Notes: generated by a model from the sequence alone, not told the origin. 64,000 nucleotides of DNA from an uncultured delta proteobacterium (GCA_963769935.1 CAVYNY010000020.1:416001-480000), one strand, 5' to 3'; positions 50,701 through 61,011 are shown, numbered from the stretch's first letter. Numbers and translations are program-made.

Positions 50701-51992
50701 CCGGGGCGACCCCCGCGGCCGGCGGTGAACCTCCCATGATGATGCTCAAGGGCATCCGGGACGAACCCATTGCGCCGGAGCGCTTTGAAAAATACCTGGA
50801 TGACCTGCCTGAACAGGTCAATGATTTATTTTTCGATGGTAAGCCGGCCTTAATCGAGCAGGCGGTCTATCGGGTCTACTTGGGATTGCAGGAGCGCGAG
50901 CTGATCATGCGCAAGAAAGTCATCGACGTTTGGCGCCTGATACTGAACCGCTTGACGCTGGCCTATCAGCATGATTTTGCCAAAATCCTGGCCGATCCGC
51001 TTCTGACCGATTTCGACGTTGAAAAAGAACCCAAGATTATTGTGGAGATGGCCTCGCTGTTGAGCCGGTTGGTGACGCTTTTTATTCAGTTTGTTGAATA
51101 TCCGCTGGCATCCCGTATTCTCGGGCATCTTGACAAACGGTTTCAAAAGTTTAAGCAAGCGAAGGATTCCAATGCCCAGCTGCTGGTGCGCAGCATGAAT
51201 CGGCAACTGGAACCCATGGCCCAGGAGCTTCTGATAGAGGATCTCAAATCCGCCGACGCTGCCCGCCAGCGCAATGCCGCTCAGCTTTTGGGCAGCTTGC
51301 GGTATGTGGCGGCGCCGATGCTGATGGAGATTATTCAGCGCGAAGATAATTATCGCGCCCGGCAAATTGCCGTCATTTTGCTGGAGAAACTGGGACCCAA
51401 AGCGGTTGCGCGTCTCAAGCGGTTGCTGGTGCTGGAAATCAGTGCGGAGGAGCGGGCACGGATTCTGGATGTTATTGATGCTCTGACCTCGGATTTGAAA
51501 ACCGAGTTGTTCCATGCCTTGGGGGATGAAGATCCCAACGTGCGGCGCGCAGCCTATCGACTGGCGGGGCGCCTGAACGACAGCCGGATGGTGGAATGGC
51601 TGCGTGAATTTATGCAAAGTCAGAAGCCCGCCCTGGCGGCCAGCGCCGTCAAATGCCTGGGTAAGCTCAAGCCGCCGGATGTTGAAGTCGAATTGATTGC
51701 CCTGTTGAATTCCACCGGCGACGATCAACTGCGCATTGCCTGCTGCCGGGTGCTGGGTCAAATTGCCAAGCCGGTCAGCATCGATGTCTTGTTCAAGCTT
51801 TTGCTGCCCAAAAGGTCTTTCCCTCTTCGTAAAAATCATAACTCCCGGGTTCGGGCGGCGGCCGCCTTTGCGCTGGGGCAAATCTCCCACCCCAAAGCCG
51901 TGGAGAGCCTCGCCAGATTCGTTGAAGACCGCGACCCCCGCGTGCGTGAAATTGCGCGCAAAGCGACGCAATCACCCGCCTCCCCAAGCTAG
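47730..51992 (+). CDS. 1420-aa GGDEF + AAA-ATPase + HEAT-repeat protein
   Basis: DELTSVYNRR, DVDNFK.VND.YGH..GD, RYAGDEF; GSAGLGKT, FLDDLH.AD, GNPLF; two KLYP..SKS repeats; HEAT motifs DEDPNVRRAA, VRAAAAFALG, DRDPRVREIA. Confidence 0.85.
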   Translation: MHQQELVNLLEFTGKDPTRLVFEDELTSVYNRRFLFQYFQSRISWEDLSKDPLSLIMMDVDNFKGVNDTYGHQVGDKALVWVADILRDVAGDDGLPIRYAGDEFMVLFLHCDKQTALKLGNRLVNKVRSEAFRFDGNHKTLPITLSLGVASAPEDAKTGKGLIQQADVALYFAKSSGRDCLVNASEVVQEAVFDKTAINQLNEVKLVGRGPQLSQVSEALNKFGQKQNQMLIAEGSAGLGKTEFLDTVRRSLARTKAWRIKVSGDQQEMFRPYYLMTSILVNLLNYRGDQGTAIINSLSKSHQAYIGKILPQLTTESAPAEDEDNSSSRKGIFTALAHLFIKAAANRPVILFLDDLHLADEASLIMLRQLLLLNNFPLFICGAAESIQESDRAENKIPLHRFFEIYQKTLGIRTITLTPLTAADITKHIQGLFPNIKLPPEFDQEIVRISQGNPLFISELLRKLVLDRKITLVGQKWTLEQLEEGYLPKTLEDIVTQKIAALDEESRLILDQVSALGGDVSLSMLVGSSDQMETRVLEFIDQARAQGLVSTNFQLNDEIITILGKQVLAITYGAIQPDRKHQLHERIGNYQETLYERQLLPSAATLAYHFKRSTNQQKAVRYEKIQAIANNRSFNGQEAVAYTVEAPGETTEIDVPLKPEDLKRVPEIIRDFMVAVRNFKLYPPGSKSIEMINQQFKASLDQILSGNETLNIVQVKNSILINGQKIDVSEYKLVMDTFLKLLNRVELKGLAFHSGVTEQELEILLQTLGKTDKKTFDAGFWDNFSTEHRISNIELKQIQYAVKVKAVAGAGPGPAAAPGQTPAVSAPTEQLTLPLGHQEMKAIPEILRNLVAAARVIKLYPIKSKSVANTINKLLENLQRFFTTQRVLAFSRAGDTLLVNGEKLDTSGASEFRGLADNFLTLLGEIGLESITFLESISVHQLETFIGVLGDFPESEVNTDFWKVLAEEQGLTAILFDQQLYEIQVAHSLSAGATPAAGGEPPMMMLKGIRDEPIAPERFEKYLDDLPEQVNDLFFDGKPALIEQAVYRVYLGLQERELIMRKKVIDVWRLILNRLTLAYQHDFAKILADPLLTDFDVEKEPKIIVEMASLLSRLVTLFIQFVEYPLASRILGHLDKRFQKFKQAKDSNAQLLVRSMNRQLEPMAQELLIEDLKSADAARQRNAAQLLGSLRYVAAPMLMEIIQREDNYRARQIAVILLEKLGPKAVARLKRLLVLEISAEERARILDVIDALTSDLKTELFHALGDEDPNVRRAAYRLAGRLNDSRMVEWLREFMQSQKPALAASAVKCLGKLKPPDVEVELIALLNSTGDDQLRIACCRVLGQIAKPVSIDVLFKLLLPKRSFPLRKNHNSRVRAAAAFALGQISHPKAVESLARFVEDRDPRVREIARKATQSPASPS

Positions 51993-52018
51993 GACAAGCC
52001 GAAATTGAATAATTTATA

Positions 52019-52813
52019 ATGGACAGAAGAGACATTTTACTGCCGACTGAAAGCGTCTCGATCGATTCGAATGTGTTGCGCGAAACTTATCAGATCCGGT
52101 CCTATGAAGTCGATTGTCGCAATCGACTATCAATTCTTGCCCTGTTCAGCTTCATGCAGGAGGCTGCCAGCAAACATGCGGCAGCACTGGGTGTATCGAT
52201 CCACCAGCTGATATCCGAAAATTTTACCTGGCTGCTTTCCCGCCTTAAAGTTAAAATTGCTTCCTACCCCGGCTGGAACGATCGAATCCAGGTCAGCACA
52301 TGGCCGTCGGGGACGCAACAATTGTTTGCCCTGCGGGATTTTGAAATAAGAGACGGCGACAACCGGGTAATCGCGGCCGCAGTTTCAGCCTGGCTGGTGA
52401 TTGATCTTCAAAAACGCCGGCCGGTCCGCATTGCACCTTTTGTAGAGCGGCTCAAGCCGATTGAGGGCAGCCATATCCTGCCCGACAGGCTGGATAAGCT
52501 GGCGGCATTAAGACAACACGATCATGAAAGGGATTTTGTCGTCCGGTATTCGGATTTGGATATCAACCAGCATGTGAACAATGTGAGTTTTGTGGAATGG
52601 GTCGTTGAAGGTGTGCCGCCGGCCGTCTTAAAGACCTCGGTGCCGGCCGAGATAGAGATCAACTTCCTGGCGGAAGCCTTTTATGATGACCGGATCCTGG
52701 CAACCTGTCACCCCCTCGACCCGAATATTACCGAATTCCGACACAGCCTCACCCGCCGGCAGGACGGCCGCGAACTGGCGCGCGCCAGAACAGTATGGCG
52801 AGAGGTGGCTTGA
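52019..52813 (+). CDS. Acyl-ACP thioesterase (FatA/FatB-like)
   Basis: IRSYEVD, MQEAA..HA, VRYSDLDINQHVNN. Confidence 0.9.
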   Translation: MDRRDILLPTESVSIDSNVLRETYQIRSYEVDCRNRLSILALFSFMQEAASKHAAALGVSIHQLISENFTWLLSRLKVKIASYPGWNDRIQVSTWPSGTQQLFALRDFEIRDGDNRVIAAAVSAWLVIDLQKRRPVRIAPFVERLKPIEGSHILPDRLDKLAALRQHDHERDFVVRYSDLDINQHVNNVSFVEWVVEGVPPAVLKTSVPAEIEINFLAEAFYDDRILATCHPLDPNITEFRHSLTRRQDGRELARARTVWREVA

Positions 52814-53557
52814 GTTGATCGAGTTGCGGGTTTCCGGTTTGCGGGGCGAAGACCCCAATGGGCCGGAACCTGAAACCTGCCTTCCGGCCTCTACTTTCCA
52901 CTTTTTTCCCGCTGTCATTTGTTTTCTATTTCAAGTATATCACCGGCCCTGAGTCGTACTGGTCCGCCACGAAGAGTTGAACAAGAAGTCAAGTAGTGGA
53001 ATGCGAGTTGTGGGTTACGAGTTGCGGGGCGCGAACTGAGGGATGCTTCGAGATCATCGCTGATAGAGCCTATTTGGTTTATTAAGTTTATTTCTTCAGC
53101 ATTTAAAAAGAATTTGCACGCCCTAAGAATTTCACCATCAGCCACGCTATCTATCAAAAATGCAATGATCGCACTCCCGAATTATAGTATGCGAGAGTGC
53201 GATCTTGTCTATTCTTCTATCCCGGTCCGTACTGTAATCAAAAGCATAATCTTCCGCACGCAATCCCGCTGCCACAAAATCGCTCGGATCGCAGTCGACT
53301 TTAACGACAGCATTTCTCGAAATGTTACCACTTTGGAAAATCAAAGAGGGTGAGTCGATATAACTAATTGATTTAAAACGATCTCTTGGCATAATCCTTA
53401 TTGATGATGGTTTGAACGTATTATGATTATTTAAGTTTACAGGCAAATGGGCGATATAACATTGGTAGTCCAAGCCTGCTTAAGTTGGACTATCAATCCA
53501 TGGAAAAGGCCGGAACTATATCGCTAAGAAACTAATAATTGGGGAGAACAGCAATCC

Positions 53558-54043
53558 ATGAATCGCTCCATCGAATTCACCATAAAGCCAAAATGGGATG
53601 AGATCGAAAACGTCAGGAATCAGAGTACCAATTTTTTGGCCTCTCAAGGCATGTCAAATGACTCTGTACAAGCCTTTGCCATGGTTATCAGTGAGCTTGT
53701 TGAAAATAGTGTTAAATACGGAAGATTTACATCAACTCAAAGTGAAGTGATCGTCACTGTTAAGATTTCCGAAAATATGATCATCGCCGAAGTAATAAAT
53801 CCGGTTGATGGATCCGTTTACCACCACCTGAGAAAATTAGATAAGACTTTGCAATGGATTCGGGGATTTCAAGATCCGTTCCAGGCATATGTTCAAAGAA
53901 TTAGAAAAATATCCAGAAAGCCGCTGGATGATGAATTTAGTGGTTTAGGCCTAACGAGAATAGCATATGAAGGTCAAGCAATCCTTGATTTTTTTCTGAC
54001 CGAAGGCAATCAGTTGAATGTATCGGCGATTTCACACTTTTAG
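53558..54043 (+). CDS. Anti-sigma-factor-type (GHKL) Ser/Thr kinase
   Basis: MVISELVENSVKYG (N box), SGLGLTRIAYEG (G box); GGAG RBS. Confidence 0.75.
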   Translation: MNRSIEFTIKPKWDEIENVRNQSTNFLASQGMSNDSVQAFAMVISELVENSVKYGRFTSTQSEVIVTVKISENMIIAEVINPVDGSVYHHLRKLDKTLQWIRGFQDPFQAYVQRIRKISRKPLDDEFSGLGLTRIAYEGQAILDFFLTEGNQLNVSAISHF

Positions 54044-54051
54044 GAGACAAC

Positions 54052-54426
54052 ATGGGAAAACAAGAATCATATGCCAAAAATTTATTAAAAATTGAGATCT
54101 TAGAAAATGAGGACTCAATAACGACATCCTGGACCGGAAAAAGCATCGACCGCAATCCAGGCCAGTTTATTAACCCAATTTTAGTAAAGCTTGTCAATAA
54201 AAGCAATGAAGAGAATAAACGGATAGTCTTGGACTTTCGAAAGATTGTTTATATGAACTCTTCAACAATTACACCACTAATCAAAATTCTTGAAAGAGCC
54301 AATAGAGGCAAAATATATATTACCGTTGAATACAATAAGAATTTGAAATGGCAAGATCTAAACTTTTCGGCATTAAAAATATTTCAGACAAAAGATAAGC
54401 GAGTCGAAATCAAAGGAATAGAATAA
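54052..54426 (+). CDS. STAS-like / anti-sigma-factor antagonist
   Basis: IVLDFRKIVYMNSSTI (phospho-acceptor motif), LKWQ; AGGAG RBS. Confidence 0.72.
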   Translation: MGKQESYAKNLLKIEILENEDSITTSWTGKSIDRNPGQFINPILVKLVNKSNEENKRIVLDFRKIVYMNSSTITPLIKILERANRGKIYITVEYNKNLKWQDLNFSALKIFQTKDKRVEIKGIE

Positions 54427-54430
54427 TAAG

Positions 54431-55820
54431 ATGAATCTACATACCACCGATCTGAAAGGCGACCTTATCGAGGGCGAAGCGGTTATTCCGATTGAGATAC
54501 AGTTTAAATCCAAATATTCATTTTTAGTGAAACCTTTGAATGGATACAAGTTCAAGGATGGAAATGAGTATTCCAACATTGTCATTCAAGCTCACAATGA
54601 TTCTTTTGAACTTGGATGCTGCCGGGTGTTGACTAAACGGAATAATGGCGGAAATATAGGAAGACTAATTTTTATAAATGATATTTACGATCTTGAGAGC
54701 CTAGTTCACCATCATAAATTGGTGAAGATCCAGGATGAGTTTCTTAATCTTTCACTCCTTTTGGAACGCAAAGACCAGGTTAGTGAATTCTTCAAAAACT
54801 TTGTATCAAATTTAACCTATGATTTAAATGTATATAAGTATACATTCGATAGTCTTGATGCTGAATTTGCCTGTGAATCCGTCGAAGTAAAAAAGTCCTT
54901 GGAGCAAGCCATCTTGAGAACCGAAGGGGCCGCATTTTTCAATTTTTTAGACGAAAAAACGAAGAGCTGGAAAATATAGTGAAAGGATTCAACAAATCAG
55001 AACACGAGGTTCATGGCTTTTATTTCAGAGAACCCAGCTTTGGAATACTACAACGGGTGCCCCTTTCATGGCACGGACAAATCTGAAGCCTCGAGGTTAT
55101 GCCGGAGATTCAGAAATGATGAGCATGATATACGCCAACGACTACAGGGGTGAATCGACAATTTTCAAGCTGATGCATAAGCATCGCTCAAACAGCCGGC
55201 TGTGCAGGCTGTCAGAAATAGACGACATGCAATAGTAAAAATAATTCGTCAAATAAAAGCGAGAACTAGAAGAAACGATATTCCAAGACTAAAAATATTA
55301 TCAGTTGCCGTGGGCTCAAAAGAGCTCGAGGAGCGCTTTCGACCACAGATGATTGCAGCAAACTTAGTTTTGCGTTGCTTGATCAAGATTGAGCGCGCTG
55401 CTTGAAGCAAAAGAAAGGATTCGCTAAATTGAGGGAAAGTTAAATACAAAACTCGAAGTCGATTTCCTCAACGAATCGGTGCGCACATCGCTTGCGATGC
55501 CGCAGATAGATGCAAAATGGGGGCAGTTCGATTTTATCTATTCAATGGGGCTTTTTGACTACCTTACACCACCCGCGGCATCGATGGTTCTCGGAAAGCT
55601 ATATCAGTTGCTCAAGCCCGGGGGAGAAACGGCGATCGGCAATTTCCATGCCTCAAACCCCAACCGGTATTATATGGAATACTGGCTTGATTGGGTTCTT
55701 TACTATAGAACGGAAGAAGATTTCACGAGTTTGTTAAAAGGCGTTTCAACCGCAGAGATTAAATTATTCTTCGAAGACAACGGGGTGCAAATGTTTCTTC
55801 ATGTTAAAAGGCTGGAATGA
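54431..55820 (+). pseudogene. PhcB-like class I SAM-dependent methyltransferase, split by several frameshifts (error or decay)
   Basis: Across frames: HGFYFR/QLW, NLKPRGYAGDSEMM..IY, QAVRNRR, KILSVA, LLDQD, FDFIYSMGLFDYL, LLKPGG..IGNFH, MEYWLDWVLYYR. Confidence 0.72.
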
Positions 55821-55905
55821 TTCCTTTCTTGATTGCATTATGGGAAAAGCGATCATGTTGAATGCTGGATCTGTTTGAAACGCTGAATTTGCTGGGGACT
55901 CATAA

Positions 55906-57265
55906 TTGCAGGGTATAACGAACCATAGACGTTCAGATGATTTTAATTTCGGTGAAGAGGATTTTAACAATTATCTGAACAGCATCATTCACAATTGGCT
56001 GGGCACATTGACGACATTGGGCTATACGCTCGTGCCGGCATTCTTCCTTCTGGACTACTTTACGATGCCGAAGGAACTGCTGCCAACTTTCGGGGTTTAT
56101 CGGCTGATTTCGACCTTATATGTCTAATCGAATATTACATCATTTGTGATATCAAACCGAGCGTATATTCATACGATCACGGTTATTTTGTTTCGCGAAA
56201 TATCGGCGGAATCATTGCCCTGATGACCGTAGACCTCGGAGGATTTAACTCGAATCATTATGCCGGACTTAACCTCGGAATCATAGGGGTTAACCTGCTC
56301 CTGCCATGGAAGAGCAGGCACTCGGCAATCAACAGCCTGATTATAATTATGTTGTATGTCGTATTTAATTTAATGGCGGATAATAATTTTAATCCTGACA
56401 TATTGGCAAACAATTTATTCTTTTTGACGTCGACCGCTATAATAGCGGTAAGCATCAATCATGTGAAGCATAACCTTATTAGAAAAGAGTTCGATCTGCT
56501 GGTTGAATTGAAGAAGGCGCGTGACGCGCTTTGGAGCGAGATGGAGCTTGCCAAGCGCATACAGACAGCATTGTTGCCCAATAAACAGAGAATAAAAGGC
56601 TTCGATATCGCGAGTGTCATGCTCCCTGCGAAGGAAGTCGGCGGTGATTATTACGACATTATTGAAACTCCAGAGGGTGGAAAATGGATTACAATAGGAG
56701 ATGTTTCAGGGCATGGGGTTGATTCGGGTTTAATTATGATGATGGCGAAAACATGCATCAGTTCGACAGTGACAAGCAATCGAAATTGTCAGCCCTCTGA
56801 ATTGCTTATTTTCGTAAACCAAGTTATAAGAGAGAACATTTCAAGGCTAGGGTCTGACGATTACATGACCATGATGGCTATCCGCTTTAACGAGTCTAAG
56901 ATGACTATCGCAGGCAAACATCAAGACGTGATTATCTACCGATCGGCCTTAAATAAAACTGAAACAGTCCCGGTAAACGGTACCTGGCTCGGAATTACCG
57001 ATAAAATTGAAAATTATCTTACAGATATAAATAAAAATATCGGAGACGGTGACATCGTTTTGTTGTTCACCGACGGTGTTACGGAAAGTATCAACCAAAA
57101 CGGTGAAATGTACGGCCAGGTAAGGTTAGAACAGTCTCTCAATCAATATGCCGATCTGCCGACAAACACATACTGGAGAAAATTGTTGAGGATGTGAAGG
57201 ATTTTCAAGAAGAGCAGTATGACGATATGAGCCTGGTAATAGTAAAAAAACGACGATCACATTGA
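55906..57265 (+). CDS. Membrane-bound SpoIIE/RsbU-type PP2C phosphatase (frameshifts at ~56120 and ~57170)
   Basis: About 6 TM helices; AKRIQTALLP, EVGGDYYD, IGDVSGHG, LFTDGVTE; terminal QYDDMSLVIV in a shifted frame ending 57265. Confidence 0.85.
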
Positions 57266-57310
57266 TGACCCCATGTTAGACAAGGATTTTATGCTTTGGG
57301 AAAATCATTT

Positions 57311-59621
57311 ATGATATCAATGATAAATGATTCAGATGAATTCCAGATGAATTTGGTCACTTTGTCTTTTCATCAAGAATTCGAAAAAAAATTCCGCCGG
57401 GAGTATTTCAGAAAATCCCTAAAATATGTCCGCAAATCCATGCTCCTGGCAATTTTCTTCTATGGATTATTTGGCATCCTGGATGCTTTGATTGTTCCTG
57501 AAATCAAAGAACAAATCTGGGTAATTCGCTACGCAGTTTTTGTGCCCTATGTCTTTTTGATGTTCCTGTTTTCTTTTACCGGTTATTTTGCAAGGCACTG
57601 GCAGATCTGTGTTGCTACTATTATAGTAATTGCTGGATTGGGTATTATCGAAATGATTCTAATTGCACCCTATCCGGCGAACTATCTTTATTATGCCGGT
57701 TTGATTCTCGTTATAATCTTCGGCTATACATTTTTTAAACTCAGGTTTATTTGGGCAACCTTGGCAGGCTGGATAAGTCGTCATCGCATACGATGCGCTG
57801 CCGGATGGGTAATTGATACACCGATTCACATATTCTTAAGCAACAATTTCTTCTTTCTGTCGGGTAACATCATCGGTATGTTTGCATGTTATTCGATCGA
57901 GTTATATTGCCGCAAGGTGTTTATTAAAACCCGTTTGCTAAAAGCTGAAAAAAGGAAAGTCAAAGCCTCGAATCGTGAGCTTGAAAAAAGAGTCAGGGAA
58001 CGTACGACGCAATTGGTCGATATAAACAATGAGCTGCGAAATGAGGTGACTGAAAGAAAAATAGCCGAGAATGCTGCAAGAGAAAGCGAGTTGAAATTTA
58101 AATGCTTAAGCGAAAACTCGCCGGAAATTATTTATACACTCGATTACAATGGAAGCTTCAGCTACGTTAATCCCGCCTGGGAAAAAGTGCTCGGGTACAG
58201 CCGCTCAGAAGTGCTCAGGAAATTTTTTGTTGATTTTGCATCTGAAAAGGATGTCAAAAAATATATTGGAATGTTCAAACGGATCCGAAACAACAGGGAT
58301 ACGATCATTGATGTCGTCGGGTCCTTGACGCATAAGGATGGTTCAGAGCGCTTGTTTAACCTCAGCGGGGCGCCCAATTTGAACTCAGATGGTCAGGTTG
58401 TCGGCATGGTCGGACTCATTAAAGATATCACCGAACAACAGAAGCTCCAAATGCAGCTTATTCAAGCTCAAAAAATGGAAGCTCTCGGCACGCTTGCTGG
58501 GGGAATCGCCCACGATTTCAACAACATCCTAACCGCCATTATAGGATATGGTGAGCTTGCCTCCATGGATGTCTCTGATGACGAGGTACTGGCAAATAAT
58601 ATTTGCAATATGTTAAAAGCCTCCCAGCGAGCCAAGGAATTGGTTGGGCAGATACTCGCTTTTAGCCGCCAGACCCAGGAAACTCTGAAACCGGTTGAAA
58701 TCAAAAATATAGCCGGGGAAGTTTTAAAGCTGCTAAGAGCTTCGCTGCCCAGCACTATTGAAATCCGTCCCGACATAGACCCGGAGTGCGGAATTGTGGA
58801 GGCTGTTCCCTCCCAAATACATCAGCTGTTGATGAATCTTTGTACGAACGCTGCCGCGGCAATGGCGGCAGATGGAGGATTGCTTGCAGTAAGTCTTAAA
58901 AATGAAAAAATCGACCGTTTTCAGGCTAAAATGTGTCAGAATATAGAGCCCGGCCTTTATGTCGTCTTAACCGTTAAGGACACCGGGCAAGGGATGGCGC
59001 CTGAAATAATGGGAAAAAATATTTGATCCGTACTTTACCACAAAAGAAAAAGGCAAAGGGACCGGACTCGGATTGGCTGTCGTGCATGGCATTGTAAATA
59101 GGCACCATGGGGGGATCACCGTTGAAAGCCAGGTCGGGGTCGGCACCACATTCCGCGTATATTTGCCGGTTCTGGAGTTGGAACTAACCACCGAAAGGGA
59201 AGAACCAAACCAGAATTTGCCTGAAGGCCATGAATGTATCCTCTTTGTGGATGATGAGGAAGATATTCTCGATACCGGATCACGAATGTTATCCCGGCTT
59301 GGATATGAAGTTGTTACCAAATCAAACAGTATTGAGGGACTGGATTTATTCAGGGAAAATCCTGAGCGGTTTGATTTGGTGATAACCGATATGACCATGC
59401 CTAAATTGACGGGCGACAAATTGGCCCGTGAGCTGATGCAGATTCGACCTGATATACCGGTTGTTCTTTGCACCGGATATAGTGAAAATATAAATGAGGA
59501 AACGGCCAAGAAGATCGGCATCAAAAAGCTCAGTATCAAACCATTTGGAATTCGGGATTTAGCAGAGACAGCCCGCAGGGCGATAGACGAAGCCAAGGCT
59601 CAGAATTCAGTAATTGTCTAG
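57311..59621 (+). CDS. Membrane PAS hybrid sensor histidine kinase with receiver domain (frameshift at ~59012)
   Basis: TM region, PAS (VNPAW), [22 protein letters not shown]; removing one G restores [32 protein letters not shown]. Confidence 0.88.
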
Positions 59622-59794
59622 TTTCAGCATGGCCGAGAAGCCATGACCACCCGTCGATTTCGGGGTTAATGATCCTGGATTTTTCCCGGAATCGTGCAGC
59701 CTGCTTTAAGCATTTAATTTAGCAATCCATGAATGCCCAACAGAAATCAAATTATTCCGCCTGCCAGCTGCCGAATTCTAATACTTCTATCCAT

Positions 59795-60604
59795 CTATTT
59801 CAAGTATATGACCGGCCCGGAGGTGTACTGGTCCGCCACTGTCAGCCGGGCGCTGCAGCGGGTGAGGGCCTGGGAGACTTCTTCGAGTGCTTTATAGGGC
59901 GTGTTGTTGATTTCACTGAGATGGGCCAGGATGACGTGCTGCAGCTTCTCATGCTGCAATTCATGGAGCAGTTTTCTGGAGTCGGAGTTGGAAAGATGCC
60001 CGGTCCGGCTTTGAATGCGCTGTTTCAGCGGCCAGGGGTAGGGTCCGGTCTCCAGCATTTGCGGATCGTGATTGGCCTCGAGAATCAGCAGCGCACAATG
60101 TTTTAAATGCTCCTTTACCATGGCGGTTGCGATTCCCATGTCGGTTGCGATGGCCATTCGGGTTCCGTTGCTGCCGACGGTAAAGCCGGCCGGGTCCTCG
60201 GCATCGTGCGATATTGAAAACGGATGGATGGCAAGATCGCGGATGTTGAAGGTGGTTCCGCATTCAAACGGCCTGATTTCATGCGGCCTGCCGATTTCAG
60301 CCGCGGCGCTGTGCGTGTGCTGATTTATGTAGACCGGCAGTTTATAGCGCCGGGAAAGGATGCCAACCCCCCTGGTGTGATCGCTGTGCTCATGGGAGAC
60401 GATAATGGCATTCAGCTTTGCCGGATCCAGCCCCCGGGAGGTCAACCGGCGCTGAATCTCCTTGCCGGACAGCCCGGCGTCGATCAGGATGGATGTGTGA
60501 CCGTTGCTGATATAAGTCGCATTGCCCTTGCTGCCGCTGGCCAGGGTGCAGACGGACAGGGAATATTCCTGGGGTTCGTCATGTTTTGGAGTATCAGAGT
60601 TCAT
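59795..60604 (-). CDS. MBL-fold metallo-hydrolase (YycJ/WalJ-like)
   Basis: LASGSKGN, SHEHSDH, SHDA, TDMG, LEANHD, GHLSN, AHLS. Confidence 0.9.
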   Translation of the reverse strand: MNSDTPKHDEPQEYSLSVCTLASGSKGNATYISNGHTSILIDAGLSGKEIQRRLTSRGLDPAKLNAIIVSHEHSDHTRGVGILSRRYKLPVYINQHTHSAAAEIGRPHEIRPFECGTTFNIRDLAIHPFSISHDAEDPAGFTVGSNGTRMAIATDMGIATAMVKEHLKHCALLILEANHDPQMLETGPYPWPLKQRIQSRTGHLSNSDSRKLLHELQHEKLQHVILAHLSEINNTPYKALEEVSQALTRCSARLTVADQYTSGPVIYLK

Positions 60605-60654
60605 CAGTCCTGTTTTATGATTTATGATTGGGACAATTTTTATTAGGATTTAAT

Positions 60655-60836
60655 TTTCACCGCAAGGACAATCCGTCTGAAAAGCAGGAAATTGGCTGCG
60701 CGTGGCGGAAGGAAACAAAACACAATAACAATTGCCCGAAGGGCTTGGGTTTATTTCTTTTCGGCCTCTCACCGAAAAGAAATAAGAAAAATACCCACTG
60801 CGCCCTTTGCGTCTTGAGCGAAGCGGGCGGTGAATC
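60655..60836. repeat. MITE-like intergenic element
   Basis: TTCACCGC...GCGGTGAA ends; internal hairpin TTATTTCTTTTCGG...CCGAAAAGAAATAA. Confidence 0.6.
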
Positions 60837-61011
60837 CATTTTTAAAGGTCGTTATAAATAACGCAAATAACAAATTATTGAAAGCTTAAACTTAGTGTTG
60901 TTGACTGATATATTATTCAACGTTATTAAACTAATACATTTTAATTATTTGTTAAATACCAAAAAGCGGTCAGATAAAAATAATAAAAATCTAAAGTAGA
61001 GACTCCTGACA

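Noticed and set aside
50850..51971. 373-aa antisense ORF and many similar long antisense ORFs (e.g. 33077-33865, 34725-35681)
   Set aside because: Shadows of well-supported genes on the opposite strand in GC-rich DNA
52915..53473. Overlapping minus-strand ORFs upstream of the signalling island
   Set aside because: No recognisable motifs; may be a frameshifted small gene but cannot be supported
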